Part shown: positions 18,890-29,569 of the stretch, piece after piece | Layout of the letters: each line of letters starts with the position of its first letter | Position numbering within the stretch: position 1 is the first letter of the stretch | Assembly (NCBI RefSeq): GCF_040372045.1 | Contig: NZ_BAABWH010000002.1 | Direction: 5' to 3' (one strand) | DNA: 32,000 nt | From: Thalassolituus maritimus | GTDB taxonomy: Bacteria > Pseudomonadota > Gammaproteobacteria > Pseudomonadales > Oceanobacteraceae | Position numbers and translations under genes: made by a program | Notes under the pieces: model-generated | The model's database searches: none | The model's input: only the letters and a program-made list of their open reading frames with translations | What the model was told of the DNA's origin: nothing

Positions 18890-21679
18890 GTGTACAAGCG
18901 CTATTTACACACCATCGTCACTGCCCTGTTGCTTGTAGGCTGCGGCGGTACCGGCAACGAAGGCGACACAATGAATCCGGAAACATCAGATCAAACACCT
19001 GTTGAACAATGCCAAAGCAGCTCAACTTTCTCTGCGCTCAAGGTATTTGGAACTGCCCTGATCGGTGCAACTTTGCTGAGTGGCTGCTCGGACGAGAGCA
19101 CAGATGAGGGCATCAGCGTCAGTGGTACCTTGTTTACCGCTGGCAAGACGGTACTGGATTACGACATCAACGATGTACAGGGTGGCACGCTCAACAATGA
19201 CGATCCGTTCGATGCCCAGGCAGTCCCGAATGTCGTCAGTATCCAGGGTTTCGCCTCTGAACGCCCAACCAATGCTCTCGCTACACAGGATGCCAGTTTC
19301 GAGCGATTCGCTAACGCCACTGATCGCAGTGACTACTACGCAGTCTCGCTGCAAGCTGGCCAACGAGTAGTGATGAACGTTGTCGATTACTACGGTAACG
19401 ACAACCCAGACAGCGCTTACGCGGGCGATCTGGATCTCTACCTGTTTGCCACGACCGGCGGCGAACCCATCAGAAGTTCCGAAACGGAAACCAACACCGA
19501 AGAATTTACCGTGCCATTTTCTGACGACTACATTGTGGAAGTGTATGCCTACAGCGGGATTTCCAAGTACGTACTACAGATCCTGCCAGCACGAAATAGC
19601 ATTCTGAGCGATACGTCAAAAAGGGGGGCGGCAGCATCTCGCTATGCATCTGAGTCATTTGTCCCTGGGGAAGCGATTGTCCGCTGGAAAGACAGCGCTG
19701 TTGTTCCTTCAGCCGCGACCGTCAATGGCTATAAAATGGCGAGCTCAATAGCAACATCCGAACACCCAGTTAAGGTGACGCTAGAGCAGCCTGCCAAAAT
19801 GCAGAGCCTGTCGGCATCCGGCCGCGACTTGTCAGTATTTACAGATGGACGCGATACGCTCAGTGCCATCAAAGCTCTCGGGCAACGTGATGATGTCGAA
19901 TACGCCGAGCCAAACTATATTCGAAAAGCACTGATCAGCCCCGACGATAGCCTGTATCGCCAGCAATACCATTACGCCGATATCCGCCTGCCACAGGCTT
20001 GGGACCTGAGCACTGGCTCCAGCGACGTGGTCGTTGCTGTGATCGACAGTGGCGTCTTCCTGAATCACAGCGATCTCAGTGGAAAGTTAACCGCAGGCTA
20101 CGACTTCATCAGCGATTCTTCAGTTAGTCGTGACGGCGACGGCATCGACAGCAACCCGGACGACCCCGGCGACAGTAACCAGCGCGGTGCAAGCTCATGG
20201 CATGGTACCCACGTCAGCGGTACCGTCGCCGCGGCAACGAACAACGGACGCGGCACCGCTGGCGCGGGCTGGGACACACGAGTCATGCCATTAAGGGTAT
20301 TAGGTCTGAATGGTGAAGGTTCTACCTACGACGTTATGCAAGCCGTGCGTTATGCGGCTCGACTCAGCAACGACAGCGGCACGCTGCCCGCAACCCGGGC
20401 GGATATTATCAACCTGAGTCTGGGTTCCAGCTTCCGCAGTACGGCCGAGCAAGAAACCATCCGCGCAGCGCGCAACCAAGGTGTGATCATTGTGGCCGCA
20501 GCGGGTAACAGCAGCACCGATGAAGCATTCTATCCGGCGTCCTACGACGGCGTGATTTCTGTTAGTGCAACTGCACCGAACGACACTCTGGCGTACTACT
20601 CCAACTTCGGCAGCAAAATTGACGTAGCGGCACCGGGCGGCGATATGCGCTCCGACACCAATCTCGATGGTCAGGCCGATGGGGTGCTGAGTACCTCTGT
20701 GGACGACTCTTCCGGAACTCGCACCAGCGCCTACACCTTGCAACAAGGTACCTCCATGGCGACGCCACATGTCGCAGGCGTGCTGGCTCTGATGCGCGCG
20801 GTTGATCCCACCCTGACCCCGGATGAAGTCGACTCCCTGCTGGCCAACGGCCTGATCACTGACGACATTGGTCCATCCGGTCGCGACGATAGCTTTGGCC
20901 ACGGGCTGATTAATGCCCTTAAAGCCGTGCAGCAGGCCAACAACCTCGCGGGCGGTGGCAGTGTACCTGCCACGCCCGTACTGGAAAGTGACCCAGCTGA
21001 GCTGCAGTTCGACGATGGCAGCTCGCTCACCCTGGTTGTCGATAACGTCAATGACGAAGCCGACGACCCTGTCATTACCACGTCAGCCAGTGATGACTGG
21101 ATATCCGTCAATGCCTCCGATGTTGATACGAATGGCTTGGGGGAATATCGCGTCACCATCGACCGCACGGATCTGGTAGATGGTATCTACGAGGGTATGG
21201 TGCGTTTCACACCGGATGTTGGTAACGGACTGGATGTCACCGTCACCATGCGTGTCGGCGACGCGGTGGCCATTGTTGAAGCTGCGCCTCAGTACGTCCT
21301 TCTCGAAGACGTGAACACCCTTGAGATCGCAGCAGAAGCACTGGCCAACCCAGATGGAACCTACGAAATCACTGGCGTTGAACCTGGAGAATATCGCGTC
21401 ATCGCAGGCTCAGACATCGATGTCGACCTCTATATCTGTCAAAACGGGGAAACCTGTGGTGGTTACCCGGATGCTGTATCCGAAGAAATTCTGACCATTG
21501 AAGAAGACGTATCCGGCATCGATTTCGTCGTCAGCCTGGTCAGTGGCATTAACGTATCCGATGAAGAAGGCGGCATACTCGGTGTACTACGCAGTGCACC
21601 AGAGGAACAAGACGCGCCAGACCCAGAAGCAAACACTGGCGAGGATTCTGACAAGCCACAAAGAGCAGTTGCTCAGTAG
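18890..21679 (+). CDS. S8 (subtilisin-like) serine peptidase, predicted lipoprotein, with PPC-like N-terminal domain and C-terminal beta modules
   Basis: Catalytic motifs VVVAVIDSGVFLNHSDL (Asp), SSWHGTHVSGTVA (His), GTSMATPHVAGVLAL (Ser). PPC-like YYAVSLQAGQRVVMNV...DLDLYLF...YIVEVYAYSG precedes the protease domain. GTG start with AGGAG. Confidence 0.9.
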   Translation: MYKRYLHTIVTALLLVGCGGTGNEGDTMNPETSDQTPVEQCQSSSTFSALKVFGTALIGATLLSGCSDESTDEGISVSGTLFTAGKTVLDYDINDVQGGTLNNDDPFDAQAVPNVVSIQGFASERPTNALATQDASFERFANATDRSDYYAVSLQAGQRVVMNVVDYYGNDNPDSAYAGDLDLYLFATTGGEPIRSSETETNTEEFTVPFSDDYIVEVYAYSGISKYVLQILPARNSILSDTSKRGAAASRYASESFVPGEAIVRWKDSAVVPSAATVNGYKMASSIATSEHPVKVTLEQPAKMQSLSASGRDLSVFTDGRDTLSAIKALGQRDDVEYAEPNYIRKALISPDDSLYRQQYHYADIRLPQAWDLSTGSSDVVVAVIDSGVFLNHSDLSGKLTAGYDFISDSSVSRDGDGIDSNPDDPGDSNQRGASSWHGTHVSGTVAAATNNGRGTAGAGWDTRVMPLRVLGLNGEGSTYDVMQAVRYAARLSNDSGTLPATRADIINLSLGSSFRSTAEQETIRAARNQGVIIVAAAGNSSTDEAFYPASYDGVISVSATAPNDTLAYYSNFGSKIDVAAPGGDMRSDTNLDGQADGVLSTSVDDSSGTRTSAYTLQQGTSMATPHVAGVLALMRAVDPTLTPDEVDSLLANGLITDDIGPSGRDDSFGHGLINALKAVQQANNLAGGGSVPATPVLESDPAELQFDDGSSLTLVVDNVNDEADDPVITTSASDDWISVNASDVDTNGLGEYRVTIDRTDLVDGIYEGMVRFTPDVGNGLDVTVTMRVGDAVAIVEAAPQYVLLEDVNTLEIAAEALANPDGTYEITGVEPGEYRVIAGSDIDVDLYICQNGETCGGYPDAVSEEILTIEEDVSGIDFVVSLVSGINVSDEEGGILGVLRSAPEEQDAPDPEANTGEDSDKPQRAVAQ

Positions 21680-21728
21680 TCCATTGTGGATTCGATACAG
21701 ACAAATTGCCGATAGATAGTAGATAAGA

Positions 21729-21753
21729 AAAAGGGCCGCGATGAGGCCCTTTT
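21729..21753. terminator. Rho-independent terminator between the convergent peptidase and SDR genes
   Basis: AAAAGGGCC-GCGATGA-GGCCCTTTT. Confidence 0.8.
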
Positions 21754-21778
21754 GCTTTGCATAGATCAGAACAGGCTA

Positions 21779-22612
21779 TCAGCCCTTTTTGGCATTCAGC
21801 GCTTCTTCACGACGACGCAGATCAAATGACGCCTGCTTCACTTTCCAGCGGAACAACCCGCCCAGCCAGCGCTTGATGAAAACAGCTTTACGGCCAATCG
21901 GGTGCGGATTGCAGATCATTTCGCCTTTCATCAACGACTTATATGCACGATCAGCTACTTCGCTGGCATCCAGTTCAGATTTCTCGAAGACCTTGTCGAC
22001 GAATTTCAGCATTGAAGGGTCTGACGTCTTCATAGTTTTGTTCAGATTCGTGCGGAAGAAGCCCGGGCACAGTGCTGTCACTTTAATGTTATAAGCGTGC
22101 AGCTCGTAGTACATGGTTTCAGACAGGGCAATCACGCCCGCCTTCGTCACATTGTAAGAAGCCATCGACGGCAGAATCATCAGCCCAGCCAGCGACGCCG
22201 TATTCATGATGTAGCCTTTGTTCTGCTTCTTCATGACAGGCGTGAAGGTTCGGCAACCCAATGCAACACCCTTGAGGTTGATGTCGATGATCCACTCCCA
22301 CCAAGCCCACTCGCCCGCGTCGATGCGATCACCAGTAGCAACACCGGCGTTATTCACTAATACATCCAGCCCACTCCAACGCTCTTCGACATCAGCACGC
22401 AGGGCGTTCCACTGATCTTCCGAGGTGACATCAAGATATGCCGTCCAACCATCGCCACCCGCTGCTTTCACCATTTCGAGTGTCTCAGCAGAGCCTTCGG
22501 CATTGATGTCAGCGATGCAGATATCTGCCCCTTCTTTAGCGAAACGCAGTGCAAGCTCGCGTCCAAGGCCGCTGGCAGCGCCGGTAATCAGTACTTTTTG
22601 CTTGGTAGTCAT
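21779..22612 (-). CDS. SDR family NAD(P)-dependent oxidoreductase
   Basis: VLITGAASGLGRELA (TGxxxGxG), LVNNAG, N...S, YNVTK catalytic motif, PGFFRTN. Confidence 0.9.
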   Translation of the reverse strand: MTTKQKVLITGAASGLGRELALRFAKEGADICIADINAEGSAETLEMVKAAGGDGWTAYLDVTSEDQWNALRADVEERWSGLDVLVNNAGVATGDRIDAGEWAWWEWIIDINLKGVALGCRTFTPVMKKQNKGYIMNTASLAGLMILPSMASYNVTKAGVIALSETMYYELHAYNIKVTALCPGFFRTNLNKTMKTSDPSMLKFVDKVFEKSELDASEVADRAYKSLMKGEMICNPHPIGRKAVFIKRWLGGLFRWKVKQASFDLRRREEALNAKKG

Positions 22613-22615
22613 AGG

Positions 22616-23566
22616 TCAGGCCTTATTGTTTTTCTTGTACAAGCTGCCCTTTTTAATTGCAGGGTCAACCGGGGTTTTAAAGCGTTTATGCAGCCAAAGA
22701 TATTGCGACGGGTTTGCTCTGAGTTGCTGCTCGATAAAATCGTTTGCCAGCTGCGCGTCTGCCTCATCGTTGCCGCTTGGGATATCAATCGGATCATGAA
22801 CTGTGATGACGTACCCTGAGTGATCAGATTTTCTGAAATACGTCAGTGGCATTACTTTCGCTTTGCCCGCTTTCGCGATCCGCGACGTCGCGGTGATGGT
22901 CGCGGCAGGGTGACCAAAGAAATTCACAAACACGCTGTTTTTGCGGCCAAAATCCTGATCCTGTGCGTACCAGAGTACCTTACCCTGTCGTAGGGTACGG
23001 ATGAAGCCACGAATATCTTTGCGGGTCAGGCATTCATCGTAAAACCGTGCCCGATTGCGCTCCATGATGTAGTTCATCACTGGATTATCCTGCGGGCGAT
23101 AAGACACGCTGATATGCAGCTCAGTACTCAAGAGGCTTCCAGCCAGATCAAGCATGGAATAATGCGCCCCCAGCAGCATCACACCCTGACCGCTGGCTTG
23201 TGCTTCGCGCACTTTGTCGAATCCAACGAACTCGGTCTTTGGACGTAACCAGTTAGGGCCACGAAACCAGCCCATAAAGGTTTCCATCAGACCAATGCCG
23301 TTATCAATGAATATCTGCCGTACCAGTGCCGCCTGCTCTTTGGGCGTTTTCTCTGGAAAACACAGACCGATATTCACTTCAGCTATATGGCGCCGACTTC
23401 GGGCCACCTTGTGCAGGATCAGCCCTATTCCTTTGCCAAGCCCCAGCTGCCAGGAATAGGGCAGCCGGGTAAGGAGCACTAGTACACCAACACCAAACCA
23501 GACCGGCCAGTGTTTAGGGTGTCGCGGAGGAGTGCCAGCTGACCCGGTATGACGGGCGTCAGCCAT
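22616..23566 (-). CDS. Lipid A biosynthesis acyltransferase (LpxL/HtrB family)
   Basis: [56 protein letters not shown]; [10 protein letters not shown] (HX4D acyltransferase motif); WYAQDQDFG; [10 protein letters not shown]. Confidence 0.9.
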   Translation of the reverse strand: MADARHTGSAGTPPRHPKHWPVWFGVGVLVLLTRLPYSWQLGLGKGIGLILHKVARSRRHIAEVNIGLCFPEKTPKEQAALVRQIFIDNGIGLMETFMGWFRGPNWLRPKTEFVGFDKVREAQASGQGVMLLGAHYSMLDLAGSLLSTELHISVSYRPQDNPVMNYIMERNRARFYDECLTRKDIRGFIRTLRQGKVLWYAQDQDFGRKNSVFVNFFGHPAATITATSRIAKAGKAKVMPLTYFRKSDHSGYVITVHDPIDIPSGNDEADAQLANDFIEQQLRANPSQYLWLHKRFKTPVDPAIKKGSLYKKNNKA

Positions 23567-24530
23567 TCAGCCAATCCAGATACGCATTCACGCCCTGCTC
23601 TACCGTGAAGAAATCATCCGCGTAGCCAGCCGCTCGCAGGTTACTTATGTCCGCTTCGGTGAAGCTCTGATACGCACCTTTCAGATGATCCGGGAACGGA
23701 ATGTACTCTTTCTCGCCCTGCGTTCCTTTCGCACCGTGCCAGGCGACAACGGCATCCGCAACGTCATTAAAGCTCTGACACTTCCCAGTACCCAGGTTGT
23801 AGATACCTGACGCCGCTTTCTCTTGCCAGAACCACAAATTCACTTTCACCACATCGCCGACATAAACGAAATCGCGTCGCTGCTCGCCAGCCCCCCAACC
23901 TTCAGTCTCGCCAAATAGCTTGCAGACGCCTGCGTCTTTAATCTGGTTATTGAAGTGGAACGCTACTGACGACATAGACCCTTTGTGCTGTTCGCGCGGG
24001 CCGTAAACGTTGAAGTAACGGAAACCAACCACCTGACTCGGGAATGTATCGTTCGGGTAGCTGCGCTGCAACTGGCGTACATACTGGTCGAATTGCCACT
24101 TGGAGTAGCCGTATACGTTGAGCGGTTTCTCATGAACGCGCTCTTCTTTGAAGACGTCACTGCCGCCATAAACGGATGCGCTGGAGGCATACAGATAGGG
24201 GATGCCTTTCTCCAGGCAAGCATGCAGCAGAATTTTGGAGTACTCGTAGTTGTTCTCCATCATAAATTTGCCGTCCCACTCTGTGGTCGAGGAACAGGCA
24301 CCTTCGTGAAAGATGGCTTCTACGTCATCCAACAAGCCATCGTCCAGCTCAACCCGCTGCAGGAAATCATGCTTGTCGAGGTAATCGGCGATATCGCAGT
24401 CGCTGATGTTGTAGAACTGACGACCGTCCGTCAGGTCGTCAACGACGATGATGTCGGTGCGACCCTGATCGTTCAGTGCCTTCACGATGTTACTGCCGAT
24501 AAAACCGGCGCCGCCTGTGACAATAATCAT
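23559..24530 (-). CDS. hldD: ADP-L-glycero-D-manno-heptose 6-epimerase
   Basis: [36 protein letters not shown]...[25 protein letters not shown]...[22 protein letters not shown]...YPFQ-type tail as [18 protein letters not shown]. Confidence 0.96.
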   Translation of the reverse strand: MIIVTGGAGFIGSNIVKALNDQGRTDIIVVDDLTDGRQFYNISDCDIADYLDKHDFLQRVELDDGLLDDVEAIFHEGACSSTTEWDGKFMMENNYEYSKILLHACLEKGIPYLYASSASVYGGSDVFKEERVHEKPLNVYGYSKWQFDQYVRQLQRSYPNDTFPSQVVGFRYFNVYGPREQHKGSMSSVAFHFNNQIKDAGVCKLFGETEGWGAGEQRRDFVYVGDVVKVNLWFWQEKAASGIYNLGTGKCQSFNDVADAVVAWHGAKGTQGEKEYIPFPDHLKGAYQSFTEADISNLRAAGYADDFFTVEQGVNAYLDWLNG

Positions 24531-25957
24531 TCACTTGTCTCCTGAATTCGTTTAACGATGGCTGACGTAGAGCAGTTGTCTTTGAAACTGAGGATGATGA
24601 CCTCTCCGCCGTTGTTCTGTACGCAGCCACCACCGGCTATTTGTTCAACCGTATAGTCTCCGCCCTTTACGAGAATATCAGGCAGTACCCGGCATATCAG
24701 ACGTTCGGGAGTGTCTTCAGAGAAAGGGACAACCCAATCGACACTCTCCAGCCCGGATAATACCGCCATTCGGTGATCAATCGGATTCACTGGGCGGCTT
24801 GGCCCCTTCAGCCGTGACACCGACTCGTCTGAGTTCACCGCGACCAACAGGCGGTCGCCCAACGCTTTGGCTTCTTTCAGATACTGCACATGACCCGGAT
24901 GAATAATGTCGAAACAACCGTTAGTCATGACCAGTGTTTCGCCACGTTCGCGGGCTTCCTGTACCAGTAACATCAGTGAGTCTTCATCGAACAGGCCGGC
25001 ACCTTGCTGGCTGTCCTGACGCAGTTCACGGCGCAGTTCTTCGGTTGAGGCAGTTGCCGTACCTAGCTTGCCGACGACAATGCCAGCAGCAGTATTGGCC
25101 AGTAAAGTCGCTTCCTCAAAGCCAGCACCGGCTGCAAGCGATGCAGCCAGGACAGAAATCACAGTGTCACCGGCACCGGTCACATCGTAGACCTCACGTG
25201 CGCGGGTCGGCAGATGGAAAGGCTCTGCGTCGCGGCGCACAAGGGTCATACCCTTTTCGCTGCGGGTGACCAACACGCCTTCGAGGTCGAACTCTTCGAC
25301 TAAGGAGTGGGCTTTAGTAACCAACTCTTCATCCGACTGCGCCGGACCAACCACGGCTTCGAACTCACTGAGGTTTGGCGTAATCAAAGTCGCGCCACGG
25401 TACTTTTCAAAATCGGTATCCTTTGGATCAACAAGAACCGGTACATTTTGCGCTTTCGCTGCCCGAATCAGAGGCTGAGGGTCGGCAAGCGAGCCTTTGC
25501 CATAATCCGACAGGATTACTACACCCGTGTCTTTCAGGCGGGTTTCAAACGACGCTTTGGATGCAGAGATATCCACAGCATGGAAAGCATCTTCAAAGTC
25601 GAGGCGAATCAACTGCTGCTGACGGCTGATAATCCGCAGCTTGGTGATGGTCGGGTGGGTATCGTGCTTCTGAAAATCGCAGGTAACACCGGCATCCTGC
25701 AGCAGGCCTTCGAGCAAAGCAGCGTTGTCATCCTGACCGGTAATGCCAAGCAGGTCGACCTGACCACCGAGCACCGCAATGTTCAATGCCACGTTCCCTG
25801 CGCCGCCCGCACGGTTTTCTGTGTCCTGAATTTTAACGACAGGCACAGGTGCTTCAGGAGAAATACGAGAGGTCGGGCCACCCCAGTAACGGTCGAGCAT
25901 GATGTCGCCGAATACCAGTACCCGGGCATTGTGAAAATCGGGGATAGTTACATCCAT
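24527..25957 (-). CDS. hldE: Bifunctional heptose-7-phosphate kinase / heptose-1-phosphate adenylyltransferase
   Basis: PfkB domain [29 protein letters not shown] and [15 protein letters not shown]; cytidylyltransferase-like domain [16 protein letters not shown]; C-terminus [11 protein letters not shown] as [12 protein letters not shown]. Start at MDVTIPDF; the track start at 26068 is upstream. Confidence 0.96.
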   Translation of the reverse strand: MDVTIPDFHNARVLVFGDIMLDRYWGGPTSRISPEAPVPVVKIQDTENRAGGAGNVALNIAVLGGQVDLLGITGQDDNAALLEGLLQDAGVTCDFQKHDTHPTITKLRIISRQQQLIRLDFEDAFHAVDISASKASFETRLKDTGVVILSDYGKGSLADPQPLIRAAKAQNVPVLVDPKDTDFEKYRGATLITPNLSEFEAVVGPAQSDEELVTKAHSLVEEFDLEGVLVTRSEKGMTLVRRDAEPFHLPTRAREVYDVTGAGDTVISVLAASLAAGAGFEEATLLANTAAGIVVGKLGTATASTEELRRELRQDSQQGAGLFDEDSLMLLVQEARERGETLVMTNGCFDIIHPGHVQYLKEAKALGDRLLVAVNSDESVSRLKGPSRPVNPIDHRMAVLSGLESVDWVVPFSEDTPERLICRVLPDILVKGGDYTVEQIAGGGCVQNNGGEVIILSFKDNCSTSAIVKRIQETSE

Positions 25958-26056
25958 CAGGAGATTCGCCGGTAGATCAGAAAGCGCGCAGTTTATCATA
26001 GGCGACTTCTTAATTGTGCTACTATCCGGGCCCGACATTCTGCACCCGGACGCACT

Positions 26057-27325
26057 GTGGCACGACACCTCTACACCCTGATCTACAGCCTGTTTTTACC
26101 CATTATCATCGCCCGTCTTTGGTGGCGTGGACGCACAAACCCGGGTTACAGACAGCGCATCGCTGAGCGTTTCGGATTTTTACCGCATCAACCACGCCCG
26201 GGCGGCCTTTGGGTGCACGCTGTGTCCGTCGGAGAAACGCTCGCTGCTGCTCAATTTGTAAAACAGTTCATGGTGCAGAACCCCGATACCCCAGTGATCA
26301 TCACCAGTACCACCCCAACCGGCTCGGAGCAGGTCAAACGCATCTTCGGCGAGCGAGTATTTCATATGTACCTGCCCTATGACCTGCCGTCCTTCATCAA
26401 TCGTTTTATCAAGAGTATTCGCCCCGGCGCTTTGGTCATCATAGAAACCGAGCTGTGGCCCAATCTACTGGCGTGCTGTGATCAGCATGACCTGCCAGTC
26501 GTACTTGCCAATGCCCGCATGTCAGAACGATCCGCCCGTGGTTATGGAAAAGTGCCCGCTCTGACTCGTCCGATGCTGCACAGCCTTAATATCGTTGCCG
26601 TGCAAAATCCCACTGACGGTCAACGTTTTATCGAGCTCGGTCTTCCAACCGGACGCCTGAAGGTTACGGGCAGCGTAAAATTTGATGTCACCCTGCCAGA
26701 GGGTTGCCGCCAGAACGGTACTGCTTTGCGCGAGCAATGGGGGGGCAGTCGTCCCGTGCTGGCGCTCGCTTCAAGTCATCCGACCGAAGACGAGCAGTTG
26801 CTCGATATCTATCCTGCGTTAGAAGAAGCAATCCCCGGTCTTTTACTGCTACTGATTCCGCGTCACCCGGAACGCTTTGAGCCGGTAACCAATGCAGCCC
26901 GCAGTCGTCACCTACGAGTACATCGTCGAACTAATGGCCCCGCTTCAAACGACACTCAGATCTACGTTGCAGACACCATGGGCGAGATGCTGAATATGCT
27001 TACCGCTGCCGACGTCGTTGTAATGGGCGGAAGCCTTTATTCTGGCGGCGGCGGCCATAACCCAATTGAACCCGCAGCCCTCGGTAAAGCCACCCTGATT
27101 GGCGCTGATCACATAAACTTCACCAGCATAGTCAGCGAACTCGTGGAGGCCGGAGCTATGGCCGTTTGCGAGAGTCTGCCAGCATTGCAGGAAGAGGCAA
27201 TTCGCTTACTGAAGGACAGCACTGCCCGCGAAGTAATGGGTAAGAATGGCTTGGACGTGGTCGAGACGAATCGGGGAGCGGTGACGCAGTTGTTGGAATT
27301 AGTCAAAGAACAGCTAAAAATATAA
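26057..27325 (+). CDS. waaA: 3-deoxy-D-manno-octulosonic acid (Kdo) transferase
   Basis: [91 protein letters not shown] start. Confidence 0.95.
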   Translation: MARHLYTLIYSLFLPIIIARLWWRGRTNPGYRQRIAERFGFLPHQPRPGGLWVHAVSVGETLAAAQFVKQFMVQNPDTPVIITSTTPTGSEQVKRIFGERVFHMYLPYDLPSFINRFIKSIRPGALVIIETELWPNLLACCDQHDLPVVLANARMSERSARGYGKVPALTRPMLHSLNIVAVQNPTDGQRFIELGLPTGRLKVTGSVKFDVTLPEGCRQNGTALREQWGGSRPVLALASSHPTEDEQLLDIYPALEEAIPGLLLLLIPRHPERFEPVTNAARSRHLRVHRRTNGPASNDTQIYVADTMGEMLNMLTAADVVVMGGSLYSGGGGHNPIEPAALGKATLIGADHINFTSIVSELVEAGAMAVCESLPALQEEAIRLLKDSTAREVMGKNGLDVVETNRGAVTQLLELVKEQLKI

Positions 27326-27360
27326 AAAGGCAACAAACTAGCAGCAAGGACCATTCAAGG

Positions 27361-28446
27361 ATGAATACAACAAATACCACATTCCCAGTTATCAATGGGG
27401 CCTTCTTACTTACGAACCAAAAAACCCAACGTTACATTAAATTCGTACTGGCCTTTCCCCTTTTACTCGTCGGCATTATTTACGGTGCGATTGCCACACA
27501 TAAATACATGGAATATTACGCAGAGCTACCGATTGGGACTTTTCTTATCGCCGCCCTGCTTATTCTGACAAGCGTTGCCATCGTAAATACCAACCGCACT
27601 ACGTATCTGTCTGGTGACGGTCGCAAATTATTCAAGCAAACACAGATCTTTTCATATAAGTTTCGCTCCACTCAACCGCTAACGGTGTTCAGTCATGTGG
27701 GGCTGGAAAAAGTGGTTAGCTATGACAACGACAGGAAAAAAGCGACCACCACCTATCATGTCATCCTGAAGAACAAGCACTACGATACAGAGCTCTCGTC
27801 TGACAACGAGATCGTCACTGCCAGGAATAAAGCAGAACAGATAGCAAAACATTTCAGTGTCCCTGTATATGACAATACCCATGACGAGCTACGAATTCGC
27901 CAGCCTGACGAGCTGGATTCCGTTCTGGCGCCCGAGCTTATCGATACACCAGAGCCACCGGATGGCTCACGTCTGAGCGTGCAAAAGACAGAGCATGGGA
28001 TCGACATTTTTATGCCCAAGCAACCCCTGTTAACTCCTTTTATCATCGCGCGCGTCTCGGGCTTGGTTATGTTTTACATCGTCACCAGTGTGATGATTTT
28101 GAAGCCTCCTGTCCCACTGGAGCTATCTCTGCAGTTTCATGGTCTCGTTCTGTTCTTTGCTCTGCTTATCTACGGCAGGAACATATACCCCCGAACGGTA
28201 CGTAAAAAACTCTCAATTACAAAGGAAGGTGTGTATTACAAAGGCTCGCCGTACCATAAAAGTACCCTTATCGACCTCTCATTTATAGAGGAGTTGATCC
28301 TCGAAAAAGGCCGGCGCCTGATCCTGATTTCAGACAATCAACAAATCACTATTGAAGTGACTGGAACCGACGCTGATGCCGAATTCCTACAACGACTAAT
28401 AAAATGGGTCATAGCCAATACGGCAAATACGCCCGTCCAAGAATGA
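27361..28446 (+). CDS. Membrane protein of unknown function
   Basis: 361-aa ORF with hydrophobic segments FVLAFPLLLVGIIYGAIA, TFLIAALLILTSVAIV, FIIARVSGLVMFYIVTSVMIL and LVLFFALLIYG. No family recognised. Confidence 0.7.
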   Translation: MNTTNTTFPVINGAFLLTNQKTQRYIKFVLAFPLLLVGIIYGAIATHKYMEYYAELPIGTFLIAALLILTSVAIVNTNRTTYLSGDGRKLFKQTQIFSYKFRSTQPLTVFSHVGLEKVVSYDNDRKKATTTYHVILKNKHYDTELSSDNEIVTARNKAEQIAKHFSVPVYDNTHDELRIRQPDELDSVLAPELIDTPEPPDGSRLSVQKTEHGIDIFMPKQPLLTPFIIARVSGLVMFYIVTSVMILKPPVPLELSLQFHGLVLFFALLIYGRNIYPRTVRKKLSITKEGVYYKGSPYHKSTLIDLSFIEELILEKGRRLILISDNQQITIEVTGTDADAEFLQRLIKWVIANTANTPVQE

Positions 28447-28460
28447 CGAACCTCTCACCA

Positions 28461-28497
28461 AAACGCCCGCGCTGGTACCAACCAACGCGGGCGTTTT
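28461..28497. terminator. Rho-independent terminator between convergent genes
   Basis: AAACGCCCGCG - 14-nt loop - CGCGGGCGTTTTT. Confidence 0.85.
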
Positions 28498-28519
28498 TAG
28501 GCACAAGTAACGCAGGCCC

Positions 28520-29374
28520 TTACTTCATCAAAACCTTAACGTAATTCGGCAGTGCAAAGCTGGCGACGTGCACTTCTGGGTTGTAGTAGCGAGTCTCGAT
28601 GCCAGCAGCATCGTAGCGCGCCTGAATTTGTTCAACCGACTGCTTGCGCAGAGACTCGTCGTCAGTCGCCCATGCCAAAGTCATAAAGCCACCCGCGTAG
28701 GTTGGCACTGGCATCACATAGAAGCTGGCTTCGTTGTAGAGTTTGCTCAGACGCTGGTAGGTGTTCGTCACTTCATCGCCCTGCATAAAGGGCACGCCAT
28801 TCTGAGCTACCATAATGCCGCCTTCATTGAGGCACTTCTTCTCATCGGCGTAGAAGTCAGAAGTGAACAGCACTTCACCCGGACCGATCGGGTCGGTGGA
28901 ATCAGAGATGATCACGTCGAACTTGTCAGTGCAATTAGCCACGAAGTCTTTACCGTCGGCGATCACGATGTTGGCTTTCGGATCGTCGTAGGCGCCATCG
29001 GAATGTTTCGGGAAGTACTCTTTACACATGTCGATCACGCTCTGGTCGATCTCGACCTGAGTCACGTGCTCCACATTTTTGTGGCGCAGAACCTCGCGCA
29101 GGATACCGCCATCACCGCCGCCGATGATCAACACGCGCTTTGGATTCGGGTGCGCCAGCATGGGCACATGAACCATCATCTCGTGGTAGATGAACTCGTC
29201 TTTTTCTGTAGTCTGAACGACACCGTCGAGCAGCATGACACGACCCAGAAAGGGTGTTTCAAAGATCTCAAGGTGCTGGTGTTCAGTCTTCACCTCAAAC
29301 AATAAATCACTGACTGTGAAAGATTGTGCGTAGTCGTCATAGAGACGCTCGCGGACGAATTGGTTCTCGCTCAT
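28520..29374 (-). CDS. speE: Polyamine aminopropyltransferase (spermidine synthase)
   Basis: QHLEIFETPFLGRVMLLDGVVQTTEKDEFIYHEMMVHVPMLAHPNPKRVLIIGGGDGGILREVLRH; ISDSTDPIGPGEVLFTSDFY. Confidence 0.95.
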   Translation of the reverse strand: MSENQFVRERLYDDYAQSFTVSDLLFEVKTEHQHLEIFETPFLGRVMLLDGVVQTTEKDEFIYHEMMVHVPMLAHPNPKRVLIIGGGDGGILREVLRHKNVEHVTQVEIDQSVIDMCKEYFPKHSDGAYDDPKANIVIADGKDFVANCTDKFDVIISDSTDPIGPGEVLFTSDFYADEKKCLNEGGIMVAQNGVPFMQGDEVTNTYQRLSKLYNEASFYVMPVPTYAGGFMTLAWATDDESLRKQSVEQIQARYDAAGIETRYYNPEVHVASFALPNYVKVLMK

Positions 29375-29569
29375 GAGAATGCCCTGCGGGTAAGGAAATA
29401 AGGTGCGCGATTATAACCACCGTCCAAGTCTTAGACTAGCGACACAGGGTTAAACGCTCCAACCACTAAAAAGCCTAACGTAAATTTACATGTGTTTACT
29501 ATCTGACCAATAACACTACCGTTATATTTGTTCCAGCTGAATAACAGCTCCAAAGCAAAAGGATTGCAC

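Noticed and set aside
20300-20902. 200-aa minus-strand ORF opposite the S8 peptidase domain
   Set aside because: Antisense frame over the conserved catalytic domain; no start signal or protein family supports it.
25307-25975. 222-aa plus-strand ORF opposite hldE
   Set aside because: Shadow ORF within a clearly assigned hldE reading frame.
28568-29305. 245-aa plus-strand ORF opposite speE
   Set aside because: Shadow ORF of speE; His/Val-rich translation typical of antisense frames.
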